From the NCBI GenBank assembly GCA_016927065.1, contig JAFGNJ010000007.1, forward strand, positions 51,944 through 115,943: a stretch of DNA of 64,000 bases, written 5' to 3'. Origin of the DNA: Deltaproteobacteria bacterium. GTDB taxonomy: Bacteria; Desulfobacterota; B13-G15; RBG-16-54-18. Each line of letters begins with the position of its first letter. Position 1 is the first letter of the stretch. The notes under the pieces were generated by a model. It was not told the DNA's origin. It saw nothing but the letters and a program-made list of their open reading frames with translations, and made no database searches. The position numbers were made by a program, and so were the translations under genes. Below are positions 57,487-64,000 of this stretch, piece by piece.

Positions 57487-58291
57487 TCTGTTCTTCTTTT
57501 TTCTTTTTGATGGTATAGCGGATAAGCCCCTGGATGGTCTTGCTCCGCTTGGCACCTCCGAGAATCACCTTCAGGTCTTCATAGACGGTGGGGTCGTTGA
57601 TAATACCCCCTAAACTCCCTTCCCCCCGCTCTACTTTCTTGACGATGTTGTTGGCGGATTCGGCAGCGGAAGAAAACTCCTTAACCAACGTGTCTAGAGA
57701 ACCAGAGGCCACTGAAAGATTCTTTACCAGCTTCCCACCGGCAGGGTCATATAAGATGGCGTGGAGTAATCCCTCTCCACCTCTGATCTGGCCACTGATT
57801 TCCTTAACATCAATCAAAATAACATTGATGGCGTCTATGGCCTCTTCAAGTTTTGTCGCGTATTCCATGAGATCGATGGGGTCAACAGTATTGATGCGGG
57901 CCTCATCCTCCAAGACTTCATGCCCCGGTGACCCTAATGAGATCTCTACATACTTGTCCCCCAAAAGCCCCATGGTCTGAATGCTCGCGATGGAGTCTTC
58001 CCGAATTCGCTTTTGAACGCCTTTGTTGACCTTTAATTCCACCCTGACAATCCTGGCTTGGGGATCTTCGGGAAAGAGGACGGCATTTACCCTCCCTACC
58101 GTCAAACCGGCCAATCTCACCGGGGCGCCTACCATCAATCCACTGACGTTGGAAAAGGAGGCCCATAGCGTATATTGCCTTTGAAAATACTCCTGGTGGC
58201 TCCCGATGGCGAATATACCGGCGCCGAACAAAAACAGGATTGCCACCACAAAAAATCCTACCTTTACCTCAGTGAATTTGGTCGGTTTCAT
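57470..58291 (-). CDS. mlaD: MCE-domain protein MlaD
   Basis: N-terminal TM plus an MCE domain (SGLMVGAPVRLAGLTVGRV). It lies downstream of mlaE/mlaF. Confidence 0.85.
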   Translation of the reverse strand: MKPTKFTEVKVGFFVVAILFLFGAGIFAIGSHQEYFQRQYTLWASFSNVSGLMVGAPVRLAGLTVGRVNAVLFPEDPQARIVRVELKVNKGVQKRIREDSIASIQTMGLLGDKYVEISLGSPGHEVLEDEARINTVDPIDLMEYATKLEEAIDAINVILIDVKEISGQIRGGEGLLHAILYDPAGGKLVKNLSVASGSLDTLVKEFSSAAESANNIVKKVERGEGSLGGIINDPTVYEDLKVILGGAKRSKTIQGLIRYTIKKKKEEQIEESE

Positions 58292-58311
58292 TTCTTCCCT
58301 CCTTAGCTGCT

Positions 58312-59064
58312 TTAATCCACGATCTTTTTGGCAATAAAGTCTTGCACCTCTTGGATCGCAGAAGCCTTAAATTCCTCCTTAGTGCCCACCATGGCGATCC
58401 GCCCTTTATGCAAGAGGGCCAAGCGATCCGTTACCGTATAAGCGCTGTCAAGATCATGGGTGACTACGATAGACGTAACCTTTAAGATCTTCTGGAGTTC
58501 AACAATGAGCTGGTTTATTCTCTGCGTATTGGCCGGATCAAGGCCGGTCGTAGGTTCATCGTACAGGATTATTTCGGGGTCGATGGCAATGGCCCTGGCC
58601 AGGCCTACCCGTTTTTTCATCCCCCCGCTCAGCTCTGCCGGCATCTTATCCTCTATCCCATCCAGCCCTACCAGGCTCAATTTCTCCCGTACGGTCCTTT
58701 GAATTGCTTGCTCGGTGAGACGAAAGTGTTCTCTGATGGGATACGCCACATTCTCACCGGCGCTAAGGGAATCAAAGAGGGCGGCCCCTTGAAAGAGCAT
58801 GCCTATCTTTCTCCTGATGGGAATAAGCTCCTGTTCCGTAAGTGGAACGATATCTCTCGTGCCAATTTTAATGACACCCTGATCGGGTTTTTCCAGACCG
58901 GCAATAAGTTTCAGCAGAACGCTCTTGCCGGTACCGCTCCCTCCTAAGATGGTGATGGTCTCCCCTTGTTTTATCCCCAGATCCAACCCCTGAAGGACCT
59001 GGAGATCTGCGTAGGACTTGTAAAGGGATTTAATTTCAATAATCGTCCGTTTCATGCTCATCAC
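58312..59064 (-). CDS. mlaF: ABC transporter ATP-binding protein MlaF
   Basis: Walker A GGSGTGKS, signature LSGGMKKRV, Walker B ILYDEPT. Confidence 0.9.
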   Translation of the reverse strand: MMSMKRTIIEIKSLYKSYADLQVLQGLDLGIKQGETITILGGSGTGKSVLLKLIAGLEKPDQGVIKIGTRDIVPLTEQELIPIRRKIGMLFQGAALFDSLSAGENVAYPIREHFRLTEQAIQRTVREKLSLVGLDGIEDKMPAELSGGMKKRVGLARAIAIDPEIILYDEPTTGLDPANTQRINQLIVELQKILKVTSIVVTHDLDSAYTVTDRLALLHKGRIAMVGTKEEFKASAIQEVQDFIAKKIVD

Positions 59065-59065
59065 T

Positions 59066-59839
59066 TCACAGTATCAGAAAGAGCTTGGTCAAAAAGAAGT
59101 CGGTCACCAATATCAAGATAGAAACCACTACCACGGTATTCGTGGTAGAACGTCCAACACCCACAGTCCCCCCTTTGGTGATCATACCTTGATAGCAACC
59201 GATAACCGCGATGATGAGACCGAAAAAAAAGGTCTTTCCGATTCCGCTAGCCACGTCGTGCAGGGATAGGTTTTCTAAGATGCTGGTAAAGTAGTAATAA
59301 GCATTTACCTTTATTTCCATAACGCTGATAAGGAGCCCACCCACAATACCTAAGATATCGGCAACAATGGTGAGCAGAGGGAGGGACACTACTGCCGCGA
59401 TCAGCTTGGGGACCACCAACCGTTTTACGGGATTTGATCCCATGACGCGAATGGCATCGATCTGTTCGGTCACCTTCATGGAGCCGATCTCAGCGGCGAT
59501 TCCCGAACCAACCCTCCCACCTACCATAATTCCGGTAAAGACCGGCCCTATCTCTCTGACCAGGGATATGGCTACTACTACCCCAATGAACCCCTTGGCC
59601 CCGAAACGGCCCAAGGCATAGGCGGTCTGCAAGGCCAGAACCATGCCGGTAAAAAGGGCGATGACGTTGACCACGGTCAGGGAACGTATCCCGATAGATT
59701 CTACCTCTTGAAGGATAAGATTCAGTTGATAGGGCGGCCTGACCCCATAGTAAATCGCCTCACCAAGGAGTCGCGCAGCCCCCCCCACATATGTAAAGGC
59801 TGATAGTATGCGCTGTTGGATGAGATAAAACAGCCTCAT
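59066..59839 (-). CDS. mlaE: ABC transporter permease MlaE
   Basis: 257-aa polytopic protein with a REIGPV...TGIMVGGRVGSGIAAEIGSMKVTEQIDA signature. Confidence 0.9.
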   Translation of the reverse strand: MRLFYLIQQRILSAFTYVGGAARLLGEAIYYGVRPPYQLNLILQEVESIGIRSLTVVNVIALFTGMVLALQTAYALGRFGAKGFIGVVVAISLVREIGPVFTGIMVGGRVGSGIAAEIGSMKVTEQIDAIRVMGSNPVKRLVVPKLIAAVVSLPLLTIVADILGIVGGLLISVMEIKVNAYYYFTSILENLSLHDVASGIGKTFFFGLIIAVIGCYQGMITKGGTVGVGRSTTNTVVVVSILILVTDFFLTKLFLIL

Positions 59840-59856
59840 GAACTGCTCCTTACTAG

Positions 59857-60369
59857 TTAGTAAAGATTTACTCCGGCGAGCACGTGGTGAAATGCCTCCA
59901 CCGTGCGGGGAAATGCGTCACGAGGCGCCCAAAAAATGATATCATAAACCACCCCTTCCCCCTTTACCACATAGACCTCAGCCATAACCTCGGCCCCCTC
60001 AACCCATCCGTCCAACACAGTCTTTACGGCCTCTCTTCCATCAACCTTATCAGCCCCCTGGGAAATGATATGTTTACGCTCAAAGGCGATGAGGAGGTGA
60101 CGGGTAAGCGTAGTCGCATCCACATCCTCTTGTAAGGGGGTCACAGTTATCACGATCGTAGCCCCGTTTTTCGGGACCCACAGGGCGAAATCAACATCCT
60201 TCCACGACAACAGCTCCCAACCATCCTCGGGAAGTGTAAAATCAAAATAACCCTTGGGATCGCTATATCTTCCCCCTTCAACGAGTTGGAGTTGTGGAGC
60301 ACAATGGAAGAGTGAGAAGGAAATAAAGAGAAGTAAACACGTCAGATATTTGCAAGACACCTTTCGCAT
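59857..60369 (-). CDS. hypothetical lipoprotein
   Basis: ATG 60369 gives a signal peptide ending in Cys. No recognisable domain. The ORF-track start at 60405 is a TTG. Confidence 0.5.
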   Translation of the reverse strand: MRKVSCKYLTCLLLFISFSLFHCAPQLQLVEGGRYSDPKGYFDFTLPEDGWELLSWKDVDFALWVPKNGATIVITVTPLQEDVDATTLTRHLLIAFERKHIISQGADKVDGREAVKTVLDGWVEGAEVMAEVYVVKGEGVVYDIIFWAPRDAFPRTVEAFHHVLAGVNLY

Positions 60370-60495
60370 TGGAAGTAGTTTAGATGACCACAGGGGCAAA
60401 GTCAACTGTCTTGGGCAGCACTTTCATTCGGAGTTGCACGCATCGACGTTCTATGATAGCGTTGGTACATTACAAACAAAAGGAAGGAGCAACAG

Positions 60496-60909
60496 ATGCG
60501 GGGGGTAAACAAAGTAATATTGGTGGGAAATTTAGGGGCCGATCCTGAGGTCAGGTACTCCAACACTGGGACTGCCGTTGCCAACTTTCGGATCGCCACC
60601 AGCGAGAATTGGACCAATAAGGAGGGGGGGAAAGAGACCAGAACTGAATGGCATCGAATCGTTGCCTTTGGCAAATTGGCGGAGATCTGTGCAGAATATC
60701 TGAACAAAGGAAAACAGGTCTATGTGGAAGGACGATTGCAGTCCCGCTCCTGGGAGGACAAAGAGGGAAACAAACGGTGGACAACGGAGGTCGTGGCCAA
60801 CAACGTCGTGATGCTGGGACAATTGGGGGATCAAGCCAGAGGGACGGGGGGCGAGCCCGATGAAGGACCTCCCGAGCCCAGCCAACAAGATGACGACATA
60901 CCCTTCTGA
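60496..60909 (+). CDS. ssb: single-stranded DNA-binding protein
   Basis: [14 protein letters not shown]...[12 protein letters not shown] fold, a Gly/Pro-rich linker and an acidic DDDIPF tail. Confidence 0.95.
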   Translation: MRGVNKVILVGNLGADPEVRYSNTGTAVANFRIATSENWTNKEGGKETRTEWHRIVAFGKLAEICAEYLNKGKQVYVEGRLQSRSWEDKEGNKRWTTEVVANNVVMLGQLGDQARGTGGEPDEGPPEPSQQDDDIPF

Positions 60910-61075
60910 GTTACTGAGAACATAAAAAATCGAGGGTTCCTCTCCCCCGATGGGAGATGATTTAAAGCGCTTCGTCGCACTGTGATATCCCGCTATTCAG
61001 TTTTTATAGAAAATAGAACGGGACGCTTTGCAAAATTGGCGAGCAGGAGCGACTCAAGGCAATGTAGGAGCAGAA

Positions 61076-61834
61076 ATGAACAATGTAACGATTTCCATTA
61101 TTCCTGCTGTCGGCATGATGATTGTTGCTAGTGCGGCCGTTATCTACTGGCGTCGTGTCTCGAAACTTCAATTCAGATGGTTCTGGCTGGGTGCCGGCTT
61201 GTGGACCATCGCGGTAGCCTTGAAGGCGGCCTGTGCCCTGCTCACAAACAAGGCAGCAATCGTTTTTATGTCGGAAATCCTATCGTATCCTCTACTCATT
61301 CTCGGCGGAGGGTTATTTATAGGCTTTCAGTCCAGTTTTTTTGAGATCGGCCTGACACTCCTGGCTGTTCTCATCTGGCATCAAATCGGACGTGACGCAA
61401 ACAGGGCGATCGGCATCGGCATTGGTGTTGGCGCTTTCGAGGCCATGCTGTTAGGAATCGCTAGTCTCACTGGCATTCTTGCTGTACTCGCCGGCATTCC
61501 GGGAACTGAAAAGATCCATGAGGGAATCAATAAGGTTGCGGCGGTAACTCCACTCTTTTGGCTTGTTGGCCCAGCTGAGAGAATTAGCGTAATATTGTGT
61601 CATGCCTCTTCGCGGGCATTGGTGTTGTTAGGCGCTAGAAATCGAAAAACAATGATGGTTTTTTGGGGTTTCTTGATTTTCACATTACTCGACGGCGTGG
61701 CCGGTGCAGCACATATTTCGGGAAAGATTGGAACAATCTCCATGTGGTGGATTGAGCTTGCCATTCTGCCGTTCGCTTTAATCAGCATCCCTATCCTTAG
61801 ATGGTGTTACGCGAGTTGGAACAAGGTGAGGTGA
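61076..61834 (+). CDS. polytopic membrane protein of unknown function
   Basis: About 7 hydrophobic segments. ATG 61076 is preferred over the TTG-type start at 61028. Family not recognised with confidence. Confidence 0.55.
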   Translation: MNNVTISIIPAVGMMIVASAAVIYWRRVSKLQFRWFWLGAGLWTIAVALKAACALLTNKAAIVFMSEILSYPLLILGGGLFIGFQSSFFEIGLTLLAVLIWHQIGRDANRAIGIGIGVGAFEAMLLGIASLTGILAVLAGIPGTEKIHEGINKVAAVTPLFWLVGPAERISVILCHASSRALVLLGARNRKTMMVFWGFLIFTLLDGVAGAAHISGKIGTISMWWIELAILPFALISIPILRWCYASWNKVR

Positions 61835-61910
61835 ATAACAAGACATCAGAAATAAGCGTCCAACTAGGCACTGAATGTGAAATGGTAAACCGCAAACCTT
61901 AGCTTAGCTG

Positions 61911-63008
61911 TTAAAAGATATACCGCCTAGCCCTGACGTTGAGCAGAAGTCCTATCCCTATCAACATGACGACGGCTGAGGACCCACCATAGCTGAGGAA
62001 GGGAAGCGGCAGGCCGACCACGGGCATTATCCCCAAGACCATACCGACATTGATTACCACGTGCCAAAATATCATCGCCGTCACCCCAAAGGCGACGATG
62101 GCCCCAAACCTATCCTGCGTCCGCACACCCTTGGTGATACCCCACAGTATCAGGAGCAAATAGAGGGTCAATACCGCCCCACAGCCGATAAATCCCCACT
62201 CTTCCCCCAGTACGGCAAAGATAAAATCCGTATGGTGTTCGGGAAGAAAATGGAGCTTGCACTGGGTGCCCTGAAGAAATCCCTTTCCCCATATCCCTCC
62301 AGATCCGATGGCGATCTTAGACTGGATGATGTGATAGCCCGTCCCTAAGGGATCCAAAGAGGGGTTGAGAAGGGTGTGTATCCTCGTGCGTTGATAATCC
62401 TTGAGGGCAAGCCAAAAAAAGGGGGTGGCGAGCATAATCGTCATTCCTAAGATAAAAAGAGATTGGAAGCGGATCTTAACAAATAGAACAATGGAGAAAA
62501 AAATTAGGATTAAGACCATAGCCGTGCCTAAATCCGGCTGCTTTACTATCAGCAGGGCGGGCACTAGAGTGATAATCGCCGGAACAAAAAGATCCCTCAA
62601 CCGGTATCCATCTTTCTTTTCGTGCTGCGCAAAATAGCGAGCAAGGGCGAGGATAAGGGCGATCTTCATCAACTCCGAGGGCTGAAAGTAGAAAAAGCCT
62701 AGCTTGATCCATCGCTGTCCACCCCCTACCACCAAACCGTAGATGAGCACACAAAGCACCACCACAAGGATCACCAAATAAATGGGATAGGTAAAATCTT
62801 CGTAATAGCGGTAATCGAACAAAAAAACCGCCAAACTGAGAAATATCCCTATCCCGAACCACAAGAGTTGCCGTTGATAAAACTGGAGTCCCTCACCTGG
62901 CATAGTAACGGTGGCACTATAAAGGTTGATGATCCCGATAACCATGAGGACAAGGATCAAGATTATCAGCCTGCCATCCAGTTGCTCCCATAATCTCTTA
63001 TCGATCAT
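61911..63008 (-). CDS. rodA: rod shape-determining SEDS protein RodA
   Basis: FtsW/RodA family pattern (QPSELMK, LPEHHTDFIF, GLPLPFLSYGGSS), 365 aa. 4-nt overlap with the upstream PBP2 gene. Confidence 0.92.
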   Translation of the reverse strand: MIDKRLWEQLDGRLIILILVLMVIGIINLYSATVTMPGEGLQFYQRQLLWFGIGIFLSLAVFLFDYRYYEDFTYPIYLVILVVVLCVLIYGLVVGGGQRWIKLGFFYFQPSELMKIALILALARYFAQHEKKDGYRLRDLFVPAIITLVPALLIVKQPDLGTAMVLILIFFSIVLFVKIRFQSLFILGMTIMLATPFFWLALKDYQRTRIHTLLNPSLDPLGTGYHIIQSKIAIGSGGIWGKGFLQGTQCKLHFLPEHHTDFIFAVLGEEWGFIGCGAVLTLYLLLILWGITKGVRTQDRFGAIVAFGVTAMIFWHVVINVGMVLGIMPVVGLPLPFLSYGGSSAVVMLIGIGLLLNVRARRYIF

Positions 63009-64000
63009 TCCTCACCTTGCCTGAGAGAAAGATACTTCTTGATCATCTCACGGGCCAGAGGAACGGCAGCAGCCCCCCCGTGCCCCCCATGCTCAACCAA
63101 AACCACCACCGCAATGGGGGTGTGGGCGGGGACATAGGCCACAAACCAGGCATGGTCCCGTAATGCGTAGGGCATATCTTCCGCTCTCGTCCGCTCACCC
63201 CCTTTGAGTCGAACCACCTGTGCTGTCCCCGTTTTGCCGGCTACCTCCATCCCGTCAATGCGAGCAGCCCTCCCCGTCCCGGAATCCTCTTTTATTACCC
63301 CTGCCAAGGCCTCCCTGAGCTCTCCCAAGTTCTGGGGAGAGATAGGAATTTTCCCGATCTCCTGGGTAGGATACTCTTCGAGCACCTTTTTCTCAAGATC
63401 CTCTACCCGTGTTGCAATTTGGGGTTTGAGAAGGAACCCGCCGTTGGCGATGGCGCTAATAAGGTTGAGTAACTGGAGCGGAGTTACCAAAAGATAACTC
63501 TGACCGATGGCCATCGAAACGGTATCACCTGCATACCATGGCCCACTCCCCCGTTTTTGCTTCCATGCTTCGGTAGGAACTAACCCTTCCTTTTCCCCGG
63601 GGAGGTCAACCCCGGTAGGTCTTCCCATGCCGAAACCCTTTGCGTAATCGCTCAGCCGCTTGACGCCGAGCCTTTCACCCACATTATAAAAATAGACGTC
63701 ACACGATTCCACCACCGCCCGATAGAACTGTATCGCCCCATGCCCTCCAGAGCGCCAACACTGAAACCCCCGCCGTCCCACATAATAGATGCCGGTACAA
63801 TTAAAGCGGGTGCCGGGCTTTATAACCCCTTCTTCAAGACCCGCTGTCGCCGTCACTATCTTGAAGACAGAACCGGGAGGATATAGCCCCTGGATACCCC
63901 TGTTTTGCAGAGGATGTAAAGGGTTGGAAATCAGTTCTTCCCACTCTTGTACCGATATCCCCTCCGCAAAGGAGGCCGGATGGAAAGAGGGGCTGCTGCA
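63005..64000 (-). CDS. mrdA: penicillin-binding protein 2 (transpeptidase), C-terminal part; gene runs off the window
   Basis: I hand-translated 63857..64000 in the same frame. It stays open and contains YPPGSVFK (SxxK active site). KTGTA is present downstream. The ORF-track start at 63856 is an internal GTG. Confidence 0.88.
   Translation of the reverse strand, partial: CSSPSFHPASFAEGISVQEWEELISNPLHPLQNRGIQGLYPPGSVFKIVTATAGLEEGVIKPGTRFNCTGIYYVGRRGFQCWRSGGHGAIQFYRAVVESCDVYFYNVGERLGVKRLSDYAKGFGMGRPTGVDLPGEKEGLVPTEAWKQKRGSGPWYAGDTVSMAIGQSYLLVTPLQLLNLISAIANGGFLLKPQIATRVEDLEKKVLEEYPTQEIGKIPISPQNLGELREALAGVIKEDSGTGRAARIDGMEVAGKTGTAQVVRLKGGERTRAEDMPYALRDHAWFVAYVPAHTPIAVVVLVEHGGHGGAAAVPLAREMIKKYLSLRQGEE

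Noticed and set aside
60910-60975. The hairpin TCTCCC-CCGAT-GGGAGA after ssb considered as an intrinsic terminator.
   Set aside because: It has only a 6-bp stem and no following U-tract. It shares the CTCCC/GGGAG core of the REP-like family, but the evidence is too weak to call it a feature.
61028-61834. The membrane protein between ssb and rodA considered as a YhfC-type intramembrane protease or as a horizontally acquired gene.
   Set aside because: I could not find the paired EExxR/H motifs convincingly, and by eye the composition is not clearly different from the flanks. It is left as a membrane protein of unknown function.

Overview
This 64 kb chromosomal window comes from a diderm bacterium, judging by MlaDEF, RodZ/RodA/PBP2 and a type IV pilus cluster. 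I cannot assign a taxon from sequence alone. Most of it is tightly packed housekeeping DNA. It carries tRNA-Pro and plsY, then a long minus-strand run of ilvE-nusB-ribH-ribBA-ribE-nrdR-dCMP deaminase-glyA-rpiB-fabF-acpP-fabD-ACAD-plsX-rpmF-yceD. After that come leuA-leuC, an aminotransferase, pilB-pilT-pilC-pilS-pilR, mutL, accA, dnaE, guaA...guaB, trmI, sppA, scpA, trpS, a DHH-CBS-nucleotidyltransferase fusion, rodZ, era, mlaDFE, ssb, rodA and a partial mrdA. The one clear accessory segment lies at about 38.9-48.3 kb, between guaB and trmI. It holds two small lipoprotein genes and an N-terminal-only radC fragment. It also holds a type I restriction-modification operon in the order hsdR-hsdS-X-hsdM, followed by an XRE-HTH/Panacea(DUF4065) antitoxin-like gene with a RelE/ParE-like toxin. 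Gene X (44384..45196) is the most interesting object. It is a 270-aa protein whose C-terminal half carries the signature of the COG4271/PF10137 TIR-like effector family (Cap12/PycTIR type). It is translationally coupled inside the hsd operon and has no cyclase or known sensor domain nearby. I propose, as an inference, that it is a PrrC-like second-line effector that guards the type I R-M system. Secondary oddities are listed here.
- A duplicated promoter/leader sits in front of radC' and hsdR.
- An acyl-CoA dehydrogenase occupies the fabH slot of the fab cluster, which also lacks fabG.
- Two unknown genes are embedded in a guaB...guaA operon.
- The pil cluster has no pilin gene.
- Several REP-like palindromes are present.
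No CRISPR array, rRNA, integrase or transposase was seen. All similarity calls come from motif recognition by eye, not from database searches.
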